Shown here piece by piece: positions 22,218 through 32,361 of a stretch of DNA of 64,000 nt; position 1 is the first letter of the stretch, and each line of letters starts with the position of its first letter. The DNA lies in assembly GCA_963674745.2 (NCBI GenBank), contig CAXXDV010000001.1, forward strand, positions 1,440,001-1,504,000, given 5' to 3'. The notes under the pieces were generated by a model, which was not told where the DNA came from, searched no databases, and was given only the letters and a program-made list of their open reading frames with translations. The translations under genes and the position numbers were made by a program. This DNA is from Desulfosudaceae bacterium. Its GTDB lineage: Bacteria; Desulfobacterota; Desulfobacteria; Desulfobacterales; Desulfosudaceae.

Positions 22218-22259
22218 AAAAAGCCGTCACCCGGACACATAACCGGATGACGGCTTTTT
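22218..22259. terminator. Bidirectional intrinsic terminator
   Basis: AAAAAGCCGTCA...TGACGGCTTTTT between convergent genes. Confidence 0.75.
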
Positions 22260-22320
22260 GCTTTTTGGCGCGCTTAACCCTGGACCCCTCGACCCCTTGA
22301 ATCCTTGGCCCCTTTATTCG

Positions 22321-22959
22321 TTATCCAATGGCCGCGAAAGGATTGGTCCGTTTTTCCCGTCCGATGGTTGTTTCCGGCCCGTGTCCGCAAAGAACCATTA
22401 CATCATCACCCAGGGGAAACAGTTTTGTCCGGATGGCGGAAATCAAGGTATCAAAATCACCACCCGGAAAATCCGTCCGGCCGATCGAGCCGGCAAACAG
22501 GGTGTCGCCGACAAAGACCTTGTCGCCGCAAACCAGGGAAATACCGCCCGGAGAGTGACCCGGCGTGTGCAGCACCTTCATTTCGATATTACCGACGGTA
22601 ATGGTATCGCCCTCTTCCACCGTCCGATCAGGCGGGGGCGAATTGTCGCAGGACAGCCCGAAAGCCGCTGCCATTTCCGACAGCCCGGCCAGCATGGGAA
22701 TGTCGGCCGGGTGACAGATCAATTCGGCGCCGGTTGCCTGTTTTAACTCACGGTTGGCGCTGACATGGTCAAAATGACCGTGGGTGTTGATAATACAGGT
22801 CGCCGTCAGTTTATGCCCGGCCAGTTTGTACAGAATCCGCTCTGCTTCGTCACCCGGGTCAATCACCGCCGCCTTTAAGGTCTCCTCGCAGCCGACGATA
22901 AAACAGTTGGCCATAATCGGTCCCACTTCCAACTTCTCAATGATCAACTTCGCCTCCAT
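22321..22959 (-). CDS. Glyoxalase II-like MBL hydrolase
   Basis: THGHFDH, TPGHSPG, GDTLF, GHG. Confidence 0.92.
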   Translation of the reverse strand: MEAKLIIEKLEVGPIMANCFIVGCEETLKAAVIDPGDEAERILYKLAGHKLTATCIINTHGHFDHVSANRELKQATGAELICHPADIPMLAGLSEMAAAFGLSCDNSPPPDRTVEEGDTITVGNIEMKVLHTPGHSPGGISLVCGDKVFVGDTLFAGSIGRTDFPGGDFDTLISAIRTKLFPLGDDVMVLCGHGPETTIGREKRTNPFAAIG

Positions 22960-23221
22960 TCTTTTTTCCCGTTCGCTGTTTTGCCTGTTCGATCAGCTCC
23001 AGGATACTGGTAATTTTGGGTTTGGTGGGGCGGGCGGTAAGGACGGCGGAAACCGTATCGGCCGGATAATGGGCCTTCAGGTATCCGACCACATCAAAAA
23101 ATTCCCACCAGCAATCCGCAATTTTCCAACACAACCCCTGATTTTCTCCGCAGGTCAGGCAATAAGAAAAAGTGATCTCATGCCCCAGCCTGGGGCAGCG
23201 TAGTTGTCGCTCCAACGGCAT
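22937..23221 (-). CDS. Hypothetical Cys-rich protein
   Basis: RCPRLGHEITFSYC..C..CW; within operon. Confidence 0.7.
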   Translation of the reverse strand: MPLERQLRCPRLGHEITFSYCLTCGENQGLCWKIADCWWEFFDVVGYLKAHYPADTVSAVLTARPTKPKITSILELIEQAKQRTGKKNGGEVDH

Positions 23222-23242
23222 GTCCGTTTCCCCGCGGTGTTT

Positions 23243-24613
23243 TTAAGAGAGTATCTCAGGCTTGGGGAAGTCGGCAAATACGGCCTCGGAAGCCGCCAGT
23301 TCCTCATCGTTCTGGACAATATCAACCAGCTCTCCGGAAAAGTATTTGTCATACCCGGCCAGGTCGATCAGGCCATGACCACTCCAGTTGAACAGGATGA
23401 CCTTTTCCTTGCCTTCTTCCTTGGCTTTGAGGGCTTCGTCAATGACACAGGCCAGGGCATGGTTGGTTTCCGGGGCCGGAATGATGCCTTCGGTCCGGGC
23501 AAATTGGATACCCGCCTCGTAGGCTTTGAGCTGCGCAACGGCTTTGGGTTCAATAAGGCCCTGGCATACGAGCTGGCTGACGGTGGGTGCCATACCGTGG
23601 TAGCGCAATCCGCCGGCGTGAATCGGGGGCGGAACAAAGGCATGACCCAGACTGTGCATGGGCAGCAGCGGTGTGTAGCGGGCTGTATCGCCATGGTCAT
23701 AAACAAACGGCGCTCTGGTCAATGTGGGACACCCTTTGGGTTCCACGGGATAAATTTCAACCTGTTTACCGTTGATCTTGTCATGAACAAAGGGAAAGGC
23801 AATCCCGGCGAAATTACTGCCGCCGCCGGCACAACCGATAACGATATCCGGATATTCGTTGATTTTTTCCAGTTGTTTTTTGGCTTCCAGCCCGATAATT
23901 GTCTGGTGAAGCATGACATGATTCAACACGCTGCCAAGGGAATAGCGGGTCTGGCCGGACTCATCGGAGACCGCCGCTTCTATGGCTTCGCTGATGGCAA
24001 TGCCCAGGCTGCCCGGGGTGTCCGGATCTTTGGCCAGAATGTCACGTCCGGCCTTGGTTTCGGTGCTGGGGCTGGGGATGCAGTTGCCGCCCCAGACCGA
24101 CATCATGGATTTGCGATACGGCTTCTGATCAAAACTGATGCGGACCATGTAAACTTTACATTCAAGGCCGAAATAGGAGCAGGCAAAGGACAGGGCGCTT
24201 CCCCACTGGCCGGCACCGGTCTCGGTCGTGATGCGTTTGATGCCGAACTCTTTGTTATAATAAGCCTGGGCCACGGCCGTGTTGGGTTTGTGGCTGCCGG
24301 GAGGGCTGACGCTTTCATTCTTATAGTAAATCCTGGCCGGCGTCCCCAGCAGTTTTTCCAGGTTACTGGCCCGCACCAGCGGCGTTGGCCGCCATATTTT
24401 CAGGATGCCCAGAACTTCTTCCGGTATGTCGATCCAGCGTTCGGTACTGACTTCCTGCTCGATCAGATTCATGGGGAATACCGGGGCCAGCGCGTCCGGG
24501 CTGATGGGCTGGCCGTCTGGCCCGAGCGGGGGATTCATTTTAATGTCAGCGAGAATGTTATACCACTGGCGCGGCATCTCATCTTCCGTTAATAACACTT
24601 TTTTGTTTTCCAC
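23243..24613 (-). CDS. trpB2: TrpB-like PLP enzyme (tryptophan synthase beta, type 2)
   Basis: [34 protein letters not shown]. Confidence 0.93.
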   Translation of the reverse strand: MENKKVLLTEDEMPRQWYNILADIKMNPPLGPDGQPISPDALAPVFPMNLIEQEVSTERWIDIPEEVLGILKIWRPTPLVRASNLEKLLGTPARIYYKNESVSPPGSHKPNTAVAQAYYNKEFGIKRITTETGAGQWGSALSFACSYFGLECKVYMVRISFDQKPYRKSMMSVWGGNCIPSPSTETKAGRDILAKDPDTPGSLGIAISEAIEAAVSDESGQTRYSLGSVLNHVMLHQTIIGLEAKKQLEKINEYPDIVIGCAGGGSNFAGIAFPFVHDKINGKQVEIYPVEPKGCPTLTRAPFVYDHGDTARYTPLLPMHSLGHAFVPPPIHAGGLRYHGMAPTVSQLVCQGLIEPKAVAQLKAYEAGIQFARTEGIIPAPETNHALACVIDEALKAKEEGKEKVILFNWSGHGLIDLAGYDKYFSGELVDIVQNDEELAASEAVFADFPKPEILS

Positions 24614-24630
24614 AAGCTCTCTCCTTAATT

Positions 24631-25077
24631 TTAAGATCGGTTAACATCTGACAGTTGAATATCTTTTTGTTGCTCAAGCTGTTTTCGAATACTGTCAAGG
24701 ACACCGTTGATAAACGCCCCGGAATCGTCGGAGCTGAATTGTTTCCCTATTTCTATGGCCTCGTTGATGGCTACTTTGAACGGTACATCCTGACAAAACA
24801 TCATTTCATAGACAGCGATTTTCATAATATTGCGATCTACTCCGGACATCCGGCTGATCTTCCAGTGCTGGGAATGATCCGCCAGCAACGCGTCGATCTG
24901 CCTGCGCTTGTCCCGGACGCCGTTAGCGAGCGTAAAAAAATGCGGAAATGTCTCCGGGGTCAAATCAAAACGCCCGCTAAAGGCATCCAGTTCCTCTTCA
25001 AAATTTTCCCAGGCGTTTAAATCTCCGGCAAAGAGAAACTGTAACGCCAAAATGCGCGATCTGCGTCTGCCAGCCAT
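24631..25077 (-). CDS. nusB: Transcription antitermination factor
   Basis: [30 protein letters not shown]. Confidence 0.95.
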   Translation of the reverse strand: MAGRRRSRILALQFLFAGDLNAWENFEEELDAFSGRFDLTPETFPHFFTLANGVRDKRRQIDALLADHSQHWKISRMSGVDRNIMKIAVYEMMFCQDVPFKVAINEAIEIGKQFSSDDSGAFINGVLDSIRKQLEQQKDIQLSDVNRS

Positions 25078-25092
25078 ACCAAGATACTCAGT

Positions 25093-25560
25093 TTAACGGA
25101 TTTTGTTCATAAGGTTGGCCATCTCGATACCCGCAATGGCCGCGTCCCATCCCTTGTTGCCCGCCTTTGTTCCGGCGCGTTCAATGGCCTGTTCGATCGT
25201 GTCGGTAGTGATGACACCGAATATTACCGGCACGGCCGAGTCCAGGCTGACCTGGGCGATTCCCTTGGACACCTCTGCACTGACATAATCAAAATGAGGT
25301 GTTGAACCGCGAATAACGGCGCCCAGACAGATGACCGCATCATAAGCACCTGCCGCCGCAAGCTTCTTGGCCGCCAGTGGAATTTCAAAACAGCCCGGTA
25401 CTTTGACCAGGGCAATGTTTTTATCCTCAGCGCCGTTTCTGATCAGGGCGTCCACGGCCCCGGCAACCAGCCGCTCGGTAATGAAGTCATTAAACCGGCT
25501 GGCGACCAGCGCGAACCGTTTTCCTTCAGCGGAAAGTCCGGCTTCGATTAAGTTCGGCAT
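25093..25560 (-). CDS. ribH: Lumazine synthase
   Basis: [22 protein letters not shown]. Confidence 0.97.
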   Translation of the reverse strand: MPNLIEAGLSAEGKRFALVASRFNDFITERLVAGAVDALIRNGAEDKNIALVKVPGCFEIPLAAKKLAAAGAYDAVICLGAVIRGSTPHFDYVSAEVSKGIAQVSLDSAVPVIFGVITTDTIEQAIERAGTKAGNKGWDAAIAGIEMANLMNKIR

Positions 25561-25622
25561 TTTCCCTCCTAAAATAATTTAAGTGTAACACCATCAATAA
25601 AAGAACAGGTCCCGGTTGCCTG

Positions 25623-26837
25623 TTATGGCACACAATCCAGGTTCAGAGTATGACCCATTTTCAGCTTTTTACATTCAAGGTAATTTTTATTGTACTTGTT
25701 GGGCGGAATTTCCATGGGAACCTGCTCCACCACGGAAAGGCCGTAGCCTTCCAGCCCGACGATTTTTTTGGGGTTGTTGGTCATCAGCCGCATTTTTCTA
25801 ACCCCCAGGTCGGCCAGTACCTGGGCGCCGATACCGTAATCCCGCAAATCCGGGCGGAAACCCAGCTCAACATTGGCTTCCACCGTATCAAACCCCTGGT
25901 CCTGAAGGTTGTATGCTTTGAGTTTGTTGACCAGGCCGATGCCCCGTCCTTCCTGCCGGACATACAGCAGGACACCGGATCCCTCTTCGGCCATCATCAG
26001 CATTGACTTTTGAAGCTGGTTGCCGCAGTCGCAGCGTAGCGAACCAAAGATGTCTCCGGTCAGGCATTCGGAATGCACCCTTACAAGTACCGGTTCCTCA
26101 GTTTTGATTTCACCTTTGATCAAGGCGATGTGCTGAAAATCATCCATGTCATTTTCGTATACAATCACCTTGAACTCACCACCATACTGGGATTGAATTC
26201 TGGCTTCCACCGCTTTTTTGACGAAGGATTCCGTCCGCATGCGATATTCGATCAGGTCGGCGATGGTGCAGATGCCGATGCCGTGTTTTTCACTGAACTC
26301 CATCAGGGACGGCATTCGGGCCATGGTGCCGTCATCGTTCATGATTTCGCAGATGACACCGGCCGGTTTCAGGCCGGCCAGGCGGGACAGGTCAACGGAA
26401 CCCTCTGTCTGTCCGGCCCTGACGATGACGCCTCCGCGCCGTGCCCGCAAAGGGAAAATATGACCCGGCCTGGCAAGATCATCCGGCCGGGCATTGTCGG
26501 CCACGGCCGTAAGAATCGTGGTTGCCCGGTCGGCGGCGGATATACCGGTGGAAACGCCTCGCTTGGCTTCAATGGATACGGTAAATCCGGTCTTGTACTG
26601 AGATGTGTTTTTATCCACCATCAGCGGCAGGTTAAGGGCTTCGACGATATTGGCGTCAAGCGCCAGGCAGATCAGGCCGCGACCGTGTGTAGCCATGAAG
26701 TTAACCGATTCCGCGGAAATTTTTTCGGCGGCGATCATTAAGTCGCCCTCGTTTTCCCGGTCTTCGTCATCCGTCAGAATAATCATTTTTCCGGCACGGA
26801 TATCTTTTATTGCATCTTCAACACTAATTAGTCCCAT
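25623..26837 (-). CDS. ribBA: DHBP synthase / GTP cyclohydrolase II
   Basis: [24 protein letters not shown]. Confidence 0.97.
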   Translation of the reverse strand: MGLISVEDAIKDIRAGKMIILTDDEDRENEGDLMIAAEKISAESVNFMATHGRGLICLALDANIVEALNLPLMVDKNTSQYKTGFTVSIEAKRGVSTGISAADRATTILTAVADNARPDDLARPGHIFPLRARRGGVIVRAGQTEGSVDLSRLAGLKPAGVICEIMNDDGTMARMPSLMEFSEKHGIGICTIADLIEYRMRTESFVKKAVEARIQSQYGGEFKVIVYENDMDDFQHIALIKGEIKTEEPVLVRVHSECLTGDIFGSLRCDCGNQLQKSMLMMAEEGSGVLLYVRQEGRGIGLVNKLKAYNLQDQGFDTVEANVELGFRPDLRDYGIGAQVLADLGVRKMRLMTNNPKKIVGLEGYGLSVVEQVPMEIPPNKYNKNYLECKKLKMGHTLNLDCVP

Positions 26838-26868
26838 GTTACTTCTCCTGTTAAGTCAATCAACGGAA

Positions 26869-27531
26869 TCAATCAAACCCGGCTTTTAAAAGAGATTCCC
26901 GGGTAATGGCTCCCCCGTCGGACGGATTGTCGTTTCCGGTCCGGCCGATGGTCAGAAAATGATTCACGTATTTTCCGATAATATCGGTTTCAATATTCAC
27001 AACGTCTCCTGCGCGCCGAAAGCCGAGGGTGGTCATGCCGGCGGTATGCGGTATGATGCTCACCTCGAAAAAATCCCGGCCGCAACGATTAATGGTCAGG
27101 CTGATGCCGTCGATGGCAACCGATCCTTTGGACACCATATAAGCCGATAAATCGGCGTTTACGCCAAAAGTGAAAATTAGGGCGTTTCCGGCTTTCTGTT
27201 TATCCCGTATTATACCGGTGCCGTCAATATGGCCGGTAACCAGGTGACCGCCCAGGCGATCGGTAAATCGCAGTGCCCGCTCGAGGTTGACCCTCGTGCC
27301 GATCTTTAAATCACCAAGGGTGGTTTTTGTCATGGTCTCCGGTGAAGCGTCGGCGTCAAAATGCTTTTCGGACACACTTGTGGCCGTAAGGCAGACGCCG
27401 TTGACGGCGATACTGTCACCGATGCGGGTATCCCCGAGGTCAAAACCGGTGTCGATACTGATGCGCATGCCACCGCTGACCTGCCGGGTGCTCCGGATGA
27501 CGCCCAGTCCTTCGATAATACCGGTAAACAT
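26869..27531 (-). CDS. ribE: Riboflavin synthase
   Basis: MFTGII, GDSIAVNGVCLT, GGHLVTGH. Confidence 0.96.
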   Translation of the reverse strand: MFTGIIEGLGVIRSTRQVSGGMRISIDTGFDLGDTRIGDSIAVNGVCLTATSVSEKHFDADASPETMTKTTLGDLKIGTRVNLERALRFTDRLGGHLVTGHIDGTGIIRDKQKAGNALIFTFGVNADLSAYMVSKGSVAIDGISLTINRCGRDFFEVSIIPHTAGMTTLGFRRAGDVVNIETDIIGKYVNHFLTIGRTGNDNPSDGGAITRESLLKAGFD

Positions 27532-28628
27532 CAGTTTATATATCCTTCCACCAGAAAGTCTTCCTCAAACCGCCGTACCGACGTTTTGTTCAGCCGGATA
27601 ACATCCTTCATCAAATCAGGGCCGTTTCCGGCACAAACCGGAACACCGTCATCTCCGCCCATTATTTTGGGCGCGTAAAAAAAACAGACCTTGTCGACGA
27701 TTCCCGCCCTCAGGGCCGAACCGCTGACCCGGCCGCCGCCTTCAATCAGCAGGCTGGTGATATCCATCTCTCCCAGTCGTCGCATCAGGCCGGTCAGGTT
27801 AATGCGTCCTGATTCATCCTGGTCTTCCGCAATTACCCGAACGCCTGTTTTTTCAAAGCGCGCCATTCTGCCCGGATCGACTGTTTTGCCGGTGACAACA
27901 ATTGTCTCCGCCGGTGAATCCAGGTGAAACACACAGGCGTTTTTGTCTACCGTCAGGCCGGTGTCCAGGATAATCCGAACCGGATCCCGGGTCGGTCTTC
28001 CTTCAAGCCGGGCCGTCAAACTCGGGTTGTCGGCCTTAACCGTTCCCGAACCGACCATGATGGCGTCGGCCGCGTGCCGCATCTGGTGAACGTAATGTCT
28101 GGCACGCTCCCCGGTAATCCATTTCGAGTCGCCTGTCCGGGTGGCGATGCGTCCATCCAGGGTCATGGCGCATTTTAATGTTACAAACGGCGTTTTGGTC
28201 CGGATGAACTTAAGAAACCATTCAATCTGTTTTGCCGCTTCCTCCCGGCAAACGCCTTCGACCACTTCGATACCGTGGTCTTTCAGAAACGCCAGACCGC
28301 CTCCGGTGACATCCGGGTTGGGATCCCGCACCGCGATCACCACCCGCTTGATACCGGCCCGGATGATTTTTTCGGTACAGGGCGGTGTGCGGCCGGTGTG
28401 ATTGCACGGTTCCAGCGTTACATAAATGTCGGCTTTTTCCGCCAGCGCACCGGCGTCATCTATGGCCATTACTTCCGCGTGCGGCTTTCCGGCCGCTTCG
28501 TGCCAGCCCCTGCCCACAATACGGCCGTCTTTTACGACAACCGCACCGACCGCAGGGTTGGGAGACGTAAACCCGTCTCCTTTTGCTGCCAGGCTGATGG
28601 CCTGTTCCATGAAATAAGTGTCATCCAT
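27531..28628 (-). CDS. ribD: Riboflavin biosynthesis deaminase/reductase
   Basis: PNPAVG, HAE, TLEPCNHTGRTPPC, IEGG. Confidence 0.97.
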   Translation of the reverse strand: MDDTYFMEQAISLAAKGDGFTSPNPAVGAVVVKDGRIVGRGWHEAAGKPHAEVMAIDDAGALAEKADIYVTLEPCNHTGRTPPCTEKIIRAGIKRVVIAVRDPNPDVTGGGLAFLKDHGIEVVEGVCREEAAKQIEWFLKFIRTKTPFVTLKCAMTLDGRIATRTGDSKWITGERARHYVHQMRHAADAIMVGSGTVKADNPSLTARLEGRPTRDPVRIILDTGLTVDKNACVFHLDSPAETIVVTGKTVDPGRMARFEKTGVRVIAEDQDESGRINLTGLMRRLGEMDITSLLIEGGGRVSGSALRAGIVDKVCFFYAPKIMGGDDGVPVCAGNGPDLMKDVIRLNKTSVRRFEEDFLVEGYIN

Positions 28629-28660
28629 ATCATTTTCACGTCGTGAGGAGTGCCGATCGG

Positions 28661-29113
28661 CTATCGCTTCAGCAGGCTTTTCAACTCGGAGTAAAAATCA
28701 TGCACATCCTTGAATTCTCTGTAAACCGACGCGAACCTGACATAAGCCACATCATCCAGCGTGTGCAGCTTTTTCATGACTTTCTCGCCGATGATGCTCG
28801 AAGGAATCTCATTCTCGCCCATTTCCATCAGATCACGTTCAAGTTCATCAATAAAATCTTCAATCACATTAATGCTGATCTGACGTTTCTGGCAGGCGCT
28901 CTTCATCCCCACCCGGACTTTTTCCTTGAGAAAAGCCTCCCGGCGACCGTCTTTTTTGACGATCATGATCGGCACTTTTTCCACATGTTCGTAGGTGGTG
29001 AAGCGACGACCACATGAAAGGCATTCCCGGCGGCGACGGGTCTCGGAGTCCTCCCGGCTTAGCCGTGAATCAATGACTTTGTTTTCAAGCTCTCCGCAAA
29101 ACGGGCATTTCAT
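28661..29113 (-). CDS. nrdR: Transcriptional regulator NrdR
   Basis: MKCPFC..RRRREC..RFTTYE, AYVRFASVY. Confidence 0.97.
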   Translation of the reverse strand: MKCPFCGELENKVIDSRLSREDSETRRRRECLSCGRRFTTYEHVEKVPIMIVKKDGRREAFLKEKVRVGMKSACQKRQISINVIEDFIDELERDLMEMGENEIPSSIIGEKVMKKLHTLDDVAYVRFASVYREFKDVHDFYSELKSLLKR

Positions 29114-29116
29114 GTG

Positions 29117-29602
29117 TTATTCCTTTTTACCATGATTATCCATATGGGTCAGCCTGATCTCAGTCTCTTCAAGCATCTGTTCCGACAGATCGTCGGCATA
29201 GCCTTCTTTATAAAAAATGGTTTTTAAACCCGCATTAATGATCATTTTGGTGCATATGGAGCAGGGCAGGTTGGTACAGTAAAGATCCGCTCCGCTGATG
29301 GTCACACCGTGGGAAGCGGCCTGAATAATAGCGTTCTGTTCGGCGTGGATACCCCGGCACAATTCATGTCGCTGACCCGAGGGTACGTTCTGTTGTACGC
29401 GAAGGCAACCGGTTTCGGCACAATGGGGAACGCCTGTGGGCGCGCCGTTGTATCCCGTAGCCAGTATGCGTTTATCCTTAACGATAATCGCGCCGACGGA
29501 ACGCCGCAGGCAGGTGGAACGGGTGGCGACCAGTTCGGCGATTTGCATAAAATAGGTGTCCCAGTCCGGTCGCTTTGAGACTCTATCGGCTGGTGGTTCC
29601 AT
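29117..29602 (-). CDS. dCMP deaminase family protein
   Basis: RSTCLRR, GYNG, HAEQNA, PCSIC. Confidence 0.92.
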   Translation of the reverse strand: MEPPADRVSKRPDWDTYFMQIAELVATRSTCLRRSVGAIIVKDKRILATGYNGAPTGVPHCAETGCLRVQQNVPSGQRHELCRGIHAEQNAIIQAASHGVTISGADLYCTNLPCSICTKMIINAGLKTIFYKEGYADDLSEQMLEETEIRLTHMDNHGKKE

Positions 29603-29676
29603 ATGTTTTTTCTTCCTTGCAATATATCAGCACGGGTCACGTCAACCGGCCGGATGCTGTACCGGATAAAATGATC

Positions 29677-30918
29677 TCAGGAATACAGCGGGAATTCCCG
29701 GCAGAGGGCCGTAACCGTTTCTTTCGCTTTTTTAATAACCGCCTCGTCGGACCGGTTTTTCAAAACGTTGACAATCAGATCCGCAACAATATCCATCTCT
29801 TTTTCCGTCATTCCACGGGAGGTCAGAACCGGTGTGCCGATTCTGACACCACTGGTGACGAACGGTCCCTGGGGATCGTTGGGGATGGTGTTTTTGTTCA
29901 GCGTCAGACCGGCTTCTTCCAGAACCGCTTCGGCTTCCTTGCCGGTTACATCGAGGCTGCGTAAATCAGCCAGCATGGTGTGATTTTCGGTTCCGCCGGA
30001 AACCAGGTCAACCCCCCGGTCCATGAGTGATTGGGCCAGAGCCCGGGCGTTTTTAACGACAGCGGCCTGGTATTTTTTGAAGTCTTCGGTCAGGGCTTCG
30101 CCGAAAGCCACGGCCTTGGCCGCGATGACATGCATCAGCGGGCCGCCTTGAATGCCGGGAAAGATCTCCTTGTTCAAAACCTTGCTGTAATCTTTGTTGG
30201 ACAGGATTAGGCCACCCCGCGGGCCGCGCAGGGTTTTATGGGTCGTGGAAGTGACCACGTCAGCATGCGGCAGCGGAGAGGGGTGAAGCCCGGCCGCCAC
30301 CAGGCCGGCGATATGGGCCATGTCCACCATCAGCAGTGCGCCCACGGATTGCGCGATCTCCTGGAATTTTTCAAAATCCAGGCGGCGGGGATAGGCGCTG
30401 GCCCCGGCCACAATCATTTTCGGCTGATGGGTTTTGGCCAGGTCGGCCACCTGGTCGTAGTCAATGCGGCCGGTCTCTTCGGAAAGACCGTAGGGCTTGA
30501 AATTATACAGCTGGCCGGAAAAATTGACCGGACTGCCGTGGGTCAGATGTCCGCCATGGGAAAGATCCATTCCCATTACAATGTCTCCGGGTTTGAGCAG
30601 CGCGAAATAAACCGCCATATTGGCCTGTGACCCGGAATGGGGCTGGACATTGACATATGTGGCGCCGAACAGTTCTTTGGCCCGGTCGATGGCCAGTTGC
30701 TCGGCCATATCGACAAATTCACAGCCGCCGTAATATCGACGGGCCGGGTAGCCTTCGGCGTATTTGTTGGTCAGCACGCTTCCCTGCGCTTCCATGACCG
30801 CCTGGCTGGCAATGTTTTCCGATGCGATCAGTTCCAGCGTGTTCTGCTGGCGGTCCATTTCCAGACGGATGGCCCGGGCGACTTCAGGGTCTTTTTTTTC
30901 AAGATAATCCAGGTTCAA
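29677..30918 (-). CDS. glyA: Serine hydroxymethyltransferase
   Basis: [25 protein letters not shown]. Confidence 0.98.
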   Translation of the reverse strand: MNLDYLEKKDPEVARAIRLEMDRQQNTLELIASENIASQAVMEAQGSVLTNKYAEGYPARRYYGGCEFVDMAEQLAIDRAKELFGATYVNVQPHSGSQANMAVYFALLKPGDIVMGMDLSHGGHLTHGSPVNFSGQLYNFKPYGLSEETGRIDYDQVADLAKTHQPKMIVAGASAYPRRLDFEKFQEIAQSVGALLMVDMAHIAGLVAAGLHPSPLPHADVVTSTTHKTLRGPRGGLILSNKDYSKVLNKEIFPGIQGGPLMHVIAAKAVAFGEALTEDFKKYQAAVVKNARALAQSLMDRGVDLVSGGTENHTMLADLRSLDVTGKEAEAVLEEAGLTLNKNTIPNDPQGPFVTSGVRIGTPVLTSRGMTEKEMDIVADLIVNVLKNRSDEAVIKKAKETVTALCREFPLYS

Positions 30919-30950
30919 AACAGCTTCCTCAAAAACATGAAAAGTCCGGC

Positions 30951-31181
30951 TTAAAGCCGTTCATTGATATAGTTTACGGCGTCCTTTACGGTTTTGATCT
31001 GTTCGGCTTCCTCGTCGGAAATCTCCAGGTCATACTCGTCTTCCAGCGACATTAATAGCTCCACAATGTCCAGTGAATCAGCACCCAGATCACTGATAAA
31101 TTCAGCTTCCAGACGGATGTCTCCCGGTTCAATCTCCAATCGTTCCGCAATAATTCGTTTTACTTTGTCTTCAACCGACAT
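30951..31181 (-). CDS. acpP: Acyl carrier protein
   Basis: DLGADSLD; start MSVEDKV at 31181 after AAGGAG. Confidence 0.95.
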   Translation of the reverse strand: MSVEDKVKRIIAERLEIEPGDIRLEAEFISDLGADSLDIVELLMSLEDEYDLEISDEEAEQIKTVKDAVNYINERL

Positions 31182-31212
31182 TTTACCGCTCCTTTCTTTT
31201 GCCCGCTCCGAC

Positions 31213-31962
31213 TCACAAGTATAATCCGCCATTGACATGAATTACCTGTCCGGTAATGTACGCGGCCCTGTCAGAGGCCAGGAAAGCAACTACGGCGGCC
31301 ACGTCGTCGGCTTCACCTATTCTTCCCAGCGGAATCCGCTGGGCGATTTTTTTTTTCTCGGCTGCGGAAATTGTTTGCGTCATATCCGTATTTATCAGTC
31401 CGGCGGCAACGGCATTAACCGTAATATTCCGGGAGGCGTATTCTAAGGCAACCGACTTGGTCAGCCCGATCAACCCGGCTTTTGATGCCGCGTAATTGGC
31501 CTGTCCCGGGTTTCCGGTCAACCCCACCACGGAACTGATGTTGATAATCCGTCCGGACCGTTGTTTGAGCATCTGCCGCGAAGCAGCCCTGGTACATAAA
31601 AAAGCGCCTTTGAGATTCACATCGATCACATCGTCCCAGTCCTGTTCCTTCATTCGCGGCAATAGACCATCCTTGCTGATGCCGGCATTGTTCACCAGCA
31701 CATCAAGGCGTCCGGTTTCTTTTACGACGGCAGAAAAAAAATTCTGCACTTCTTTTTCCACGGACACATCCGCGCAGGCGGATGATACCCGGCCGCCCTT
31801 TTTTTTGATCAGCGCTTCGGTTTCCCGGGCTGATTCAGAGGAACGGGAATAGTTAAAATAGATATGGGTGTCGTTTTCAGCCAGCGCCAGGCAAATCGCC
31901 CGGCCGATTCCACGGGCGCCTCCCGTTACCACGGCTACCCGATGGTTCTGATCAAGCCCCAT
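31213..31962 (-). CDS. fabG: 3-oxoacyl-ACP reductase
   Basis: [19 protein letters not shown]; adjacent to acpP. Confidence 0.93.
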   Translation of the reverse strand: MGLDQNHRVAVVTGGARGIGRAICLALAENDTHIYFNYSRSSESARETEALIKKKGGRVSSACADVSVEKEVQNFFSAVVKETGRLDVLVNNAGISKDGLLPRMKEQDWDDVIDVNLKGAFLCTRAASRQMLKQRSGRIINISSVVGLTGNPGQANYAASKAGLIGLTKSVALEYASRNITVNAVAAGLINTDMTQTISAAEKKKIAQRIPLGRIGEADDVAAVVAFLASDRAAYITGQVIHVNGGLYL

Positions 31963-32017
31963 AGCTGCCTACTCCTGATCAAATCCCTTTTCTTTATGCT
32001 GCTTTATACGGCTCGTG

Positions 32018-32197
32018 TTATTCTTCAACGTCGATTGCCGTTCGGCCTTTGTATATTCCGCAGGAGGGGCACGCCCGGTGATGCATTTTCGCTTCGCCGC
32101 ATTGCGGACATGAAGACACGTTCACCCCTTCAGCCTTATATTGGGCGCGTCGCATGTCTCGTTTTGATTTTGATTTTTTTCGTTTTGGTACAGCCAT
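32018..32197 (-). CDS. rpmF: 50S ribosomal protein L32
   Basis: Hand translation MAVPKRKKSKSKRDMRRAQ..CPQCG..CPSCG (59 aa, below ORF-track cutoff); AAGGAG RBS. Confidence 0.95.
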   Translation of the reverse strand: MAVPKRKKSKSKRDMRRAQYKAEGVNVSSCPQCGEAKMHHRACPSCGIYKGRTAIDVEE

Positions 32198-32361
32198 TTG
32201 TAAAATTCTCCTTGTTCGAATTGTGTTATCAACGCGTTATCGGCTGTTCAAGCTTCTCCTGAACGGGGCCGGTAACTGTTTTACCTTGTATAATCCAAAC
32301 AGAAATAGTTAAAACCGCAATAATTGTCAAGAATTTTATTCCCTTAACCTCATCTCATCCA

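Noticed and set aside
15417..26741. Long antisense ORFs (15417..16385, 18613..19524, 23204..24592, 26073..26741)
   Set aside because: Shadows of well-supported genes on the opposite strand in GC-rich coding DNA
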